NCBI GenBank assembly: GCA_964016885.1
Contig: OZ024755.1
Span: 27,900,001 to 27,964,000 of the forward strand
Direction: 5' to 3'
Length of the DNA stretch: 64,000 nucleotides
From: Eledone cirrhosa
Taxonomy: Eukaryota
Shown piece by piece: positions 51,063 through 64,000 of this stretch. The stretch's first letter is position 1, and each line of letters begins with the position of its first letter. The position numbers and the translations under genes were made by a program. The notes beneath the pieces were generated by a model, which was not told where the DNA came from, searched no databases, and saw nothing but the letters and a program-made list of their open reading frames with translations.

Positions 51063-51489
51063 ACTTGTTACTCTGGAATTTTGCCTGTTTATCACAGCCA
51101 TCACACTATTTAGGCTTAATAGATTGAATATTTATGCTCTACTTCGGCATTGAGCACTTTTTTTCTCTGTCAGATACAATGTCAATATTAAACTTTTTGA
51201 GAATGTGTAATAAGTTTTTTAAAGTAGCTTGACACTATCAACACCATTTTAGCTGCTCTGTCAATTTGCTTTACAAATTGCAACGAAAATCTTTTTCCTA
51301 ATATATTCTTAACTTTTTAATACGAATCTCTTTCTCTGCAGTGACAATATTAACGTTAAAAAAAAAAAAAGGATAGAAGGAAAGTTTTTTCTGGAAATTC
51401 TCTCTAGCAGATAAACACAGTTCTGTGGAATAGAAAAAAAAATCTCTTTAGAAACAATAAAATATAAGCATTCGAAAGGAAATAATGAT

Positions 51490-51672
51490 AATTGTTTCTA
51501 CTTTAGGCACAAGGCCAGCAATTACCCAGTACATTACTGGTACTTTATTTTATCTACCCCGTAAGGATGAAAGGCAAAGTTAACCTCGACGGGATTTGAA
51601 CTTAGAATGGCAAGGGCCGTAACTATGCTGGAAAGCATGGCGTCCAACCCTCTACCGATACTGCCAATTCAC
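51490..51672 (-). mobile_element. tRNA-derived SINE
   Basis: Full consensus match. Confidence 0.87.
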
Positions 51673-51999
51673 AATGATAATAATAGTTTACCACTATGAA
51701 TATTTGTTAAAGAAAAAACCCTGAGTTAAACAAAATTAGATAGAAGTGGCTGCAAGATCTGTACGCCTCTATTCTTGTTTGCTGGGACATTCGGTTAAAA
51801 TTTGTGCAAAGAAGTCGCTGTCCACATATTTCTCACTTTTTTTAACCATATTTTGTATGCTGAAATTCTTCTAAACAGTCGAAGTATGTGAACAGTGGCT
51901 CCTTAGTATAGTGTTTTACGTAATCTAACCGTATACGAGGCATACGGCGTGTGATTCCTGGCAGGTACATTCAGTACAATCATGTCTAAATTAACTGAT

Positions 52000-52680
52000 G
52001 CCTTGATATCTTTATAAGAATGCCAGAGTATTTGTGTTTGGATAAATGCTACTAAATCGAAACCATTCAATGTGGGAGTCAAGCTCCCCCAAGGCTGTTA
52101 CCTCTCTTGTTTATCATTTGCATTTGCAGGATAGATATGCACAGCCGGGTTGGAAGTGGCATCAAGGTAGACAAGATCAAGTCTCTTGGGGCCGTTCTGA
52201 CGAGTGATGAAAGGCAGGAGGCTGAATTAAGTGCAAGAATTGCAGAAGCTGGTGCAGTATTTCGCCAGCTTCAGCATTCAGTTATGAACAGATGGGAGGT
52301 AGATGTAAAAGCCAAAGTCGCTATCTGCAATTCGATATTCGCACCAACCCTTACCCATGGGCATGAATACGATCGCGAAAACAGGTGGCCGAAATGTGGT
52401 TCTCCGAAGGGTCTTTATAGTAAGGTTACTCGATAGAGTGCGTAGCTCGGAGATCAAAGGTCGAAGCACTACTTCTCCGAATTGAAAGATCTCAGCTCCG
52501 ATACTATTGGTCTGTGATTAGAATGTCTAAGAAAAGAATCGCTGGACAGATTTTACGGGCAAAACCAGCTGACAAGAGACCCAGATGTTTACCCCGAGCA
52601 AGATGGATGGAAAACATCCATGAGCTTGTCTCGCTTGGGAATCCAGTCCGATTAATTGGAGGCTGTTGCTTCTGATCCGC
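52000..52680 (+). pseudogene. Decayed RTE-type RT C-terminal fragment
   Basis: ELSARIAEAGAVFRQL, AKVAICNSIFAPTLTHGHE, LLRIERSQLR. Confidence 0.7.
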
Positions 52681-52710
52681 TGGAAGGAGTGTTTCAGGAC
52701 TTTACCTCCA

Positions 52711-52935
52711 CTCAGACTCAGACTCAGACTCAGAAGCTCCCGCGTCTTGCGACGCATGAGGCAATCATAGTGTTCCACCGCGTTCGGTCAGCAGCCAGTT
52801 TCACAGCGTCCCGCCATTGTCTGTTTGTCGCTCGCAGGTCCCTCTCCACTGTCTGGCGCCAGTTCATTTTGGGTAGCCCTCTCCGTCTGCTTCCCCGTGG
52901 GTTCCATTTAAGTACTTGGTTCGCCAGTGTTGACT
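52711..52935 (-). mobile_element. RTE LINE 3' end with (CTGAGT)n tail
   Basis: Minus frame GSRRRGLPKMNWRQTVERDL...AADRTRW; tail tctgagtctgagtctgag. Confidence 0.7.
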
Positions 52936-53091
52936 TGTTGCCTCCACGACCCTCTCAGAAATAACTGAGCGAAGAAGAATAAAGAAGAAAAATATTAATG
53001 TTATAGTTATTTCAAAAGCAAGAGATGCATTGTGGGATATCTGGTTTAAAGGAAGCGGTAGCGAGTATCACAAAGGAAATGAGGATGGTAA

Positions 53092-53357
53092 ATATAAGAG
53101 GGAGATATATGATCACGAGTGATTACATATTCTTACTTGACACTTCATCATATAGTGAGGATAATCACACCATAATAACTCTATGACATAATCATGTGCG
53201 CATGACTATGTCATAGAGTTATTATGGTGTGATTGTCCTCACTATATGATGAAGTGTCAAGTAAGAATATGTAATCACTCGTGATCATATATCTCCTTCT
53301 TATATAGTCATGTGCGCATGACTATGTCATAACTCTATGACGTAGTCATGTGCGCAC
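53092..53357. repeat. Near-perfect palindrome of about 214 bp plus an adjacent nested mini-palindrome
   Basis: Arms 53092-53190 and 53207-53305 around tcatgtgcgcatga; central motif recurs at 53306-53357. Confidence 0.85.
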
Positions 53358-53602
53358 ATCATAGTTCAAATGAATTCTGAAAGTTAGCGAAAATTGTTTA
53401 ACATATGACAGGCTTCAGGTGAATGATTTATCTATTATATAGTTTTTCGTTCAAGAAAGTTTAATTAAATTGTGCTTTGTATAGTTGCTCATAAATTTTC
53501 TTGTTTGTTATGATTTAAGAAACTAAGAAGGTTTATCTATAAATAAAACAATTCTTGAAATTGAAGTTAAATGAAAATATATTCCACATCTTGTATCCAT
53601 AA

Positions 53603-53788
53603 TAATTGTTTCTACTTTTGACACAAGGCCAGCAATTACCCAGTACATTACTGGTACTTTATTTTATCGACCCCGTAAGGATGAAAGGCAAAGTTAACCT
53701 CGGCGGGATTTGAACTCAGAATGGCAAGGGTCGTAACTCAATGCGTCAAAGCATGGCGTCCGACCCTCTACCGATACTGCCAATCCAC
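53603..53788 (-). mobile_element. tRNA-derived SINE
   Basis: Full consensus match. Confidence 0.88.
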
Positions 53789-54441
53789 ATAATAATACTT
53801 CTGTAATAACTACGTTTCTGCTTTGAATATTTGCCAGTAATAGGGCAGGCATAAGGAATTACCTTGCGGTGTTAGGGTGTCATAGATACTTGCTATTTTT
53901 TTCTGATCAGTTCCGACTACGTATCATTTCGTATTACTTTTGAATCTATTGCGTGCATATTGTGTTTAAAATAAGCAACTATGGTACATGGGGTTAATGC
54001 TATACGCTATCCCTTTATCTGTTACCCCTTTGTTGCCTCTCCCATTGTATTAGTTTGTTTGTGAACGCATGAGTGGTGATTTCATGCATTATTGCTGTTT
54101 AACTTTCACAAAGGTTCTGCTCTCTTCTTCCTCAAATGGAACGTCTTTAAAATCATTTTCTGAAGGCAAAGAAAGCTCTCATTTCTTTTGTGAGACAAAT
54201 GTTACCAGTTTTGTTTGAAACTGATTTTTATTATATTTTTCAATCCCGATTTAGTTTGGCCTTTACTTTCGACATATCTAGACATTATATATTCAATATC
54301 TATCATACCTAAACTAAAGTCTGTCTAAAGTAAAAACATTACAGAAAGAAAGAAAAGCTGTAACACTTTCTGAGGAACATTCTTTGAAACATAACATAAA
54401 AGCTGGGAGGGATCAATGATACCTGACGACTACTTGAATAA

Positions 54442-54982
54442 CTAAAGAGATACCTAAACAGGGTAGCTAAAAGAGATATCTAAACAGAGTTGCTAAAGAA
54501 ATACCTAAACAGGGTAGCTAAAGAGATACTTAAACAGGGTAGCTAAAAGAGATACCTAAACATGGTAGCTTAAAGAGATAACTAAACAGGGTAGCTAAAG
54601 AAATACCTAAACAGGTTAGCTAAAGAAATACCTAAACAGGGTAGCTAAAGAAATACCTAAACAGGGTAGCTAAAGAAATACCTAAACAGGGTAGCTAAAG
54701 AAATACCTAAACAGGCTAGCTAAAGAAATACCTAAACAGGGTAGCTAAAGAAATACCTAAACAGGGTAGCTAAAGAAATACCTAAACAGGGTAGCTAAAG
54801 AAATACCTAAACAGGTTAGCTAAAGAAATACCTAAACAGGTTAGCTAAAGAAATACCTAAACAGGGTAGCTAAAGAAATACCTAAACAGGGTAGCTAAAG
54901 AAATACCTAAACAGGGTAGCTAAAGAAATACCTAAACAGGGTAGCTAAAGAAATACCTAAATAGGGTAGCTAAAGAGATACC
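54442..54982. repeat. Minisatellite, 25-bp unit, about 21 copies
   Basis: Unit ctaaagaaatacctaaacagggtag. Confidence 0.95.
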
Positions 54983-56327
54983 AAGTTACACCCAATAGTG
55001 ACGATATTGATATGCAAAGTATAACATTATAAACGTGGCAGTCTTGTGGCCCATGAGATATATATGGTTTCAAGATTAATTTCTTTACCCATTGCCTAAT
55101 ATTATTGCTGTCAAGCTTGATGTATGTCTGATCGGAGGAGTAAATCTTTGATGAAAGACCCTATGAAAGGTCATTTAGCTAGAAATTCCTTACCTATTTC
55201 CTGATTAAATCTTGTTTGGAAATAGTTTACTAGGAAAATACCACAACTAAATATCCAATAGTCTTGACCTTATAGAGCAAAATGTCTACAGGAAAAAGAT
55301 GTGTTAATAAAAGACGGTTTTGTCTTGAGGAGCATAGTGATCAAAGAGTAGAAACCTGACCCTGGCATTGGTAGACTTTAAACACCTTAAGATATATTAC
55401 TTTTTCGTGTATTCTTGCAGATAGTCAAAGCGAATCGGGTGAATCTCGCATGAAGTATATAAACACAAATTTGTATTCCTTGGCAATATGATAAAAAATA
55501 GAGATATTTTAAAGGCGATTTTTCTATACTATTCTCTGGACAGTCATTTGTTCTTCTGAACGGATGAAAGTTGCTTCTACGTTATGTTCATTTTTTTCTC
55601 AAAACAAATAGAGGTGTTTATTTATTATTTTGTCACAGACACTGCTCTTTTGGACATGAGATGGGGGAACAGTAACCGGTATTTTTGGATCTGTTTGGTT
55701 TAGCCACAAGTTTCAACAAGAAACGTTTGAAAGACACGTAAATAATAACAAATGAACGAGGCGTTATTTTCCTCGACAATAACAACAAAAACAACGACAC
55801 AAACAATAATAAATACATTTTAAAACTATCTACATCATACCATTTGGTAATGAACAATAGCCCAACTCCTAAAACATTACGCAGTATGTTATCTGTTTAC
55901 GCTTATTTTATTGTTAGCATAACATCGTGCCTCGTAGCGAATCGTCCTGGAGCTATTGAAAGTTTGTCTGCAAACAACAATTATTGTTTCGTGACCATTT
56001 TCCAACATTGCTATATCAAATTCACTTTCCAACAAACATTTTAATGACTATTTATTTCTGGAGTGTTTCTCTTTCTTTCAGCAGCTCAGTTGCAATTGAT
56101 ATTGCATTTGCAAATAATGAAAGCTGAAATAGATTTTATCACATATTTTATTCATATCATTTTTTATATCTGCACAATGGTTGTAGGCAGTTCTTTTCAG
56201 GTAGAAACCTGACAAATTATTTCACAGTATTTAGTTGTGGCAAAATATATTTATGATTTCAAATCCTGATTGTGGTGTTAAATTTGAATTTTAAATTTCA
56301 GCAAGGAAATCAGATAGATTGCTTCAA

Positions 56328-56560
56328 TTTTAGAGGGATCTCCTTGCTAAGCCCTCCACCCCAATAAGGTTTATGCTAAGTCCTAGCAAAGAGTTGTAGG
56401 GAGATTGTTGAGTCCAAGCTAGCTGATGAACAGTGTGGTTTTCACCCAGGACACAGCACAGCCGACCAAATATTCACAGGTCTTTGAGAAATCATGAGAG
56501 TACAGTTAAGGGATGTGTTCTTGCTTTGTATTTCTCCAAATGTCACGTGACCGCTTTCCA
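56328..56560 (+). pseudogene. Short decayed RT fragment homologous to 50215-50460
   Basis: agagggatctccttgctaagcc...gagtccaagctagctgatgaacagtgtggttttc. Confidence 0.6.
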
Positions 56561-56669
56561 CGATCTTTGAAAAATCATGATAGTACTATTAAGAGATGTG
56601 TTCTTGATATGCATTTCTCCAAATGTATGTCATATGACCGCTTTCCACGAGACATGCAGTGTTAGTTGT

Positions 56670-57263
56670 TAAACCACGATCAAGTAGATCCTTGTTCAAG
56701 AGCATCTGCCAGGGAATATTTAATAGTTTATGTGTATATAGGATTATGATGTATAAACCAGGATCAAGCAGATCCTTGTTCAAGAGCATTCTGCCAGGGA
56801 ATATTTAATAGTTTATGTGTATATAGGATTATGATGTATAAACCATGATCAAGCAGATCCTTTTTCAAGGGCATTCTGCCAGGGAATAGTTCATATTTTA
56901 AGTGTATATAGGATTATGATGTATAAAGCATGATCAAGCAGATCCTTTTTCAAGAGCATCTGCCAGGGAATATTTAATAGTTTATGTGTATATAGGATTA
57001 TGATGTATAAACCAGGATCAAGTAGATCCTTGTTCAAGAGCATTCTGCCAGGGAATAGTTCATATTTTATATGTATATAGGATTATGATGTATAAACCAG
57101 GATCAAGTAGATCCTTGTTCAAGAGCATTCTGCCAGGGAATAGTTCATATTTTATATGTATATAGGATTATGATGTATAAACCAGGATCAAGTAGATCCT
57201 TGTTCAAGAGCATTCTGCCAGGAAATAGTTATCTTTTAGGTTTATATAAGATTATGATGTATA
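56670..57263. repeat. Minisatellite, 84-85-bp unit, 7 copies
   Basis: Unit taaaccaggatcaagtagatccttgttcaagagcattctgccagggaat...ggattatgatgta. Confidence 0.93.
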
Positions 57264-58026
57264 ATCGTGCATAAGAAAGTGCAATTTTCAGGCAGAACAA
57301 GTACTGTTTCTTGAAGATTGAGGGACGAGGCAAATTGACTTCTTTAAGCCTATATTCCAAGGATGGGTATTTTCTTAAGGTAAGAAATACTTTTTAGAGT
57401 TGGGACGAAAAATGATTGCCTGATATCTATTTCAAATATCATGCAACGAGAATATTTCGTACTGTACAGCTAGATTAGCTTACATTGAAGACTTTTTTTT
57501 TCCTCTTTCTTGTTACCATTAAGAGATAATAATTTGTCGAATGCCTCATGAGACGAAATCTACAACCATTTCTTTGTTCATCTGCTTTTGAGAACAAAAC
57601 GTGAAACTAAAATTCGTTCAAGATATCCAAGAAAAGACTTGCGGAAGTGTGTTAAACACAATTAACCTTCGATTAACATCACCCTATGTTATTGAATCCG
57701 GAAGGTTCAAAGGGCAAAGATGGAGAGGGCGACGATGAGAGGAGGTAGAATATATCAAGAATATATCAAGAACGCTCTGTTTCTGATATGTTACTATCCA
57801 TTTCCTATATATTAAATGCTTCATATTTGACAAATGTCATTCTGGAAGCCACTGCGCATGTGCAATTGTCTTTGTCTTTTTTATGTGTTAGCTATATATT
57901 TGAATAATTAAATATATTTCCATATTTTTTCAACTGTCTGAAATGTATTTATCGTCATCACATTTCATTTTCTCATTATACATTTCACACACACACGCAC
58001 ACGCACACACACACATACACACACAC

Positions 58027-58063
<37 letters not shown>

Positions 58064-58256
58064 CTGAATACTTATATATATGTCTGCATACTTATATATA
58101 TGTCAATACAGACTTATATACACAGACACCGCCTTCATATATATATATATATATACACATACATACATATATATATACACATACATAGATATATATATAC
58201 ATACATATATACATATATTTAGATACATATATATACACACATATATATATATATAT

Positions 58257-59641
<1,385 letters not shown>

Positions 59642-59645
<4 letters not shown>

Positions 59646-59798
59646 AAGTTATATTTAAAATTGTTGGGTTATAAAACTGTTTATATTGTATTTTGTCTGA
59701 TGAAGGCATAGCATATTGTTAATATGATATCCCCGAAATATGTATAATGAAATAAATATGGTTTTATAAATATAGTTTTCCATTTATTTAATATTGTA
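59642..59798. mobile_element. Split copy of the 34344 family: antisense tail end joined to hammerhead arm
   Basis: 59642-59670 is the reverse complement of 34777-34805; 59671-59798 matches 34590-34717 including CTGATGA...GAAA. Confidence 0.8.
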
Positions 59799-59904
59799 TA
59801 TATATATATATATATATGTGAATATAGGCATAGAATATTCGAAAATATTCTGTATGTTTATAATAAACATTTTGAAGACCTAATCGCTATTTCAGAGCAT
59901 TTAT

Positions 59905-59953
<49 letters not shown>

Positions 59954-59956
<3 letters not shown>

Positions 59957-61663
59957 CCTTGCCAGTCAATGCCTCTGATGATCTGCTCGAGACACGCGGT
60001 GAAAAGTTTTGGAGAGATCGTATCTCCTTGCTTCACTCCCTTCTCGACCGGCACTCGTACGGGTGATGACAGCAGAGCTATGTCGGTGGTGCATTCGGAA
60101 CTCGCCTCCCTGGGCAGTTGGACGTATTGCACCTCGACTCCTTGCCTCTGCAGCGAGTTCAGCACTGCGTTGATTTCGACGCTGTCAAAGACCTTCTCGT
60201 AGTCTACGAATGCGACGCAAAGAGGCATCTTGTACTCTTTTGCTCGCTCAAGCAGTTGTGTCAGAGTAAATATGTGGTCCATCGTGCTGTAGTTTTTACG
60301 GAAGCCGGCTTGCTCTCTCGGTTGCTGTTCGTCCAGATGACGTGATAACCTGTTCAGGCTTGTACACGTGAGACAGCAGGCATATGGGTTGGTAGTTCTA
60401 CAAATCCTCTCCATCGCCCATCTTGTATAGCAGGATGGTATTCGACTCTTTCCACTGCGAGAGTATTCTTCCCTCATCCAGATAGCGTGTGAATCGCTCG
60501 GCGAGGATTTTCCAGAGCTGGTCTCCGCCTGACTTCACCACCTCCGATGTTATGCCGTCTTTCCCTGGCGCCTTTCCGCTTTTCATCAAGCCGACGGCTC
60601 TTTAGACCTCACCGACAAGGATGGGTGGCACATTTTCTTTCTGTTGGAGTGACGGCAACGGCTGCACATTCCCGGCAGACTTGAAGAGCTTGGTGTAGAA
60701 GCCTTCACAAACCTTTTCCACCTCACTCTTGTCGCTGACCGATACTCCATCTGTGTTTTTCAGGGTCGTCACCTCCGATCTGTACATTGCCATGTCCCTT
60801 TCGCATTTCTTGAGGCTCTTCTTTCCCTTTGCGGCCTTCAGGAGCTTCTCCATCCGGTATGCCTCGAAGTCTCTCTTCAGTTGTTGACGTATCACTCTGC
60901 TGAGAAGGGAATATTGGAGGTGATCTTCAGGTGTCCTCTTCATATTCTTCCTATTCTCAAGCAACTTCATAGTTTCCTCCGAGACTCTTCCCTTCCGCTC
61001 CCTCGGGCACACACCCTTAGCCTTCCTTAAGCATTCCTCCACTTTCCTTATCAGTGAGTCGTAGTCAGCGTCTATGCCGTCTCCTTGACGCCACGTTTGC
61101 TGCATAACGGTTTCCTACATCTGCGCCTCGTTGAAGACCCGGACGTGTTCTCCCTTCGACGCCAAATGCAGCGCCTTCTTCTCCCTCGTCCGGTCGATGA
61201 CGATCCTCGCCCTCACCAGACGATGATCACTGCCAGTGTTGAATGGCGCTATGACGGAGACGTCCTGCAGTATGCGTCGCTTGTCGACCAAGATGTAGTC
61301 AATCTCGTTTCGGTGCTCAGAATTTGACGATACCCACGTCCATCTCATCTTCTTCTTCCTGAATAGGCTGTTTCCGATTTAGAGCCGTCTCGCCTCCGCC
61401 ATGGTGACCAGACGCTCTCCTCTCTCATTTCGCTCTCCTAGGCCGAATCTTCCGACATACTCTTCCCCTTGCCGTCCCTGTCCAACCTTTGCGTTGAAGT
61501 CTCCCATCACGACGGTGTAAGTGGACTTCACAGCTAGCACGTTGTCTAGCTGGCGATAGAATTCTTCCACCTCATCGTCGTCGCTAGCACCTGTGGGAGC
61601 GTAGGTCTGGACGATCTTGAGGATGGCCTTCCCTGAGAGGTTCACGTTCAGTACACCAATCCG
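59954..61663 (-). mobile_element. RTE-1-like LINE fragment (APE to mid-RT), same family as 58537-59603
   Basis: [51 protein letters not shown]. Confidence 0.93.
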
Positions 61664-61681
61664 TATATATGTATGTATGTA

Positions 61682-61746
<65 letters not shown>

Positions 61747-61749
61747 GTA

Positions 61750-61812
<63 letters not shown>

Positions 61813-61827
61813 GTATGTATGTATGTA

Positions 61828-61890
<63 letters not shown>

Positions 61891-62083
61891 GTATGTATGT
61901 ATGTACATATATATATATATATGTATATATATATATGTATGTATGTATGTACATATATATATATATATGTATATATATATATGTATGTATGTATGTACAT
62001 ATATATATATATATGTATATATATATATGTATGTATGTATGTACATATATATATATATGTATATATATATATGTATGTATGTA

Positions 62084-62121
<38 letters not shown>

Positions 62122-62206
62122 CATATATATATATATATATATATGTACGTACATACATATATATATATATATATACACACAGACACACACACACACATAT
62201 ATATAT
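61664..62206. repeat. (TA)n/(TATG)n compound repeat
   Basis: Direct observation. Confidence 0.97.
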
Positions 62207-62411
62207 ATAGGAACGAGTAGGACCCCGACGGCTGAGCTCAAGCTGTTTCGACGGCTAATTCTGAACTAAAATTTAGTCCAGAATTAGCCGTCGAAACGGC
62301 TTGAGCTCAGCCGTCGGGGTCCCACTCGTTCCTATTACCCACTCTACTACCCTAAGTATTGAGTACTTTGGTGCGTTATGGTCTACCTGGTTCCTTACCA
62401 CATTTCTTTCG

Positions 62412-62415
<4 letters not shown>
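62207..62415 (+). mobile_element. Family A foldback module
   Basis: Palindrome 62207-62335 centred near ctaaaatttag; tail tacccactctactaccctaagtattgagtact. Confidence 0.8.
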
Positions 62416-62448
<33 letters not shown>

Positions 62449-62497
62449 AATAATATAACAAGGACTATTGGTTACTCCTTCATTACGTTTATTGGTT

Positions 62498-62582
62498 GGT
62501 AACGCGCGTTTCTCCACTGACCAGCTCAAGATTCGATCTGTATAGATCTGACCTGACTCTGTAATCTGCGGCTCGTCAGACC
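62498..62582 (-). ncRNA. Family B hammerhead motif with canonical core and long stem II insert
   Basis: Minus: ggt-CTGACGA-gccgc...gtgga-GAAAC-gcgc-GTT-acc. Confidence 0.65.
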
Positions 62583-62645
62583 CCTTGTAAATGTTAATAT
62601 AATATATATATATATAGTTATGTAATAAACAACATAAGATAATTA

Positions 62646-62705
62646 TTTCATTTACCAGTGGTTTCTTGAAAGCAAACAAATCTGCTTTCAGTCATCAGAA
62701 TGAAA
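62646..62705 (-). ncRNA. Family C hammerhead ribozyme motif
   Basis: Minus: tttcatt-CTGATGA-ctgaaagca-gatttgtt-tgctttcaa-GAAACC-act-GGTA-aatgaaa. Confidence 0.78.
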
Positions 62706-62757
62706 AAATTCTGGTATTTTTATTGAATGTGGATTTGAAAACAAAAATATCAGTATG

Positions 62758-63245
<488 letters not shown>

Positions 63246-63252
63246 TATAATG

Positions 63253-63283
<31 letters not shown>

Positions 63284-64000
63284 AATCAACAAACATTGAG
63301 CTATCTCTTGTACTATCATTTCCCTAATGCGACGAGTGTGTTTGACTCTAATACACTCAAGTATTTTTATCTTATATATATATATATATATATATACATA
63401 TATATCCCCCCTCTCTATCTATATATATATATATATATAAACATACATACACAGCAGACACACACTCAGATGTAGACACAAACACCACACGCCTATAAAC
63501 CTGTGTACATTCGCACACATAAAGGCACATGCTCACACATATATTTTTACCCATGTCTTTCACTGTTATTTTATTGCAGTCTCTGCATTAGTATGATGTC
63601 TCCTCAATCGTCGTCTTTTTTTTTATTATTTTTTTTTTTAAATATGTCTATTTTTACCTGGTGTTTGTCATATTTTTATCTTTGCTACTAGTTGTCTTTG
63701 CAGACTAATGTAATATTCGTACTGTAGAGTCAAGGAAATAAAACTCAAAATAGAATATCTAATATATCGTTTCTCATATTAATTCAATTCTTCGTTCCTT
63801 CCCAACATTCGTACACCATTGTCTTTTTCATTTTATACTCCTAAACTATATGCGTCAATTGTTGTTGTTGTTTTTCCATGCTCTTTTCTTGGCAAGCACT
63901 TCTTTAGTCATATTTCTCTTAAATTATTATATTTTCTTGTGAATTTATCTCTTTCAAACGTGGTACGCATTACGCTATTTTCCCCCATCCTTGCACACAC

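Noticed and set aside
54442-54982. Telomere-like or CRISPR-like array
   Set aside because: Simple 25-bp tandem with no TTAGGG-type unit and no spacers

Overview
Eukaryotic (animal) repeat-rich DNA with no recognisable host protein-coding gene, probably intronic or intergenic. Low GC, very abundant (TA)n/(CA)n tracts, one dominant tRNA-derived SINE family and RTE LINEs suggest a cephalopod such as Octopus (inference only). Contents: a near full-length but disrupted RTE-clade LINE with a PHD-type finger (16.6-20.0 kb), many other RTE fragments, an L1/Tx1-type LINE fragment, a Helitron remnant, a Penelope GIY-YIG remnant, hAT-like MITEs, about 20 SINE copies, a 5 kb satellite of 96/98-bp units and several minisatellites. 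The most notable signal is a set of short Penelope-type modules from several unrelated families, mostly sitting in (TA)n tracts. They share one architecture: an inverted arm starting at a fixed point, a type I hammerhead ribozyme motif, and a 3' tail opening with an ACTC...GAGT (or GCTC...GAGC) hairpin. Two ribozymes have the uncommon U3-A8 core and several have long stem II inserts. The satellite unit appears to derive from the C-terminal coding segment of an RTE LINE. All structures were read by eye and coordinates may be off by a few bases.
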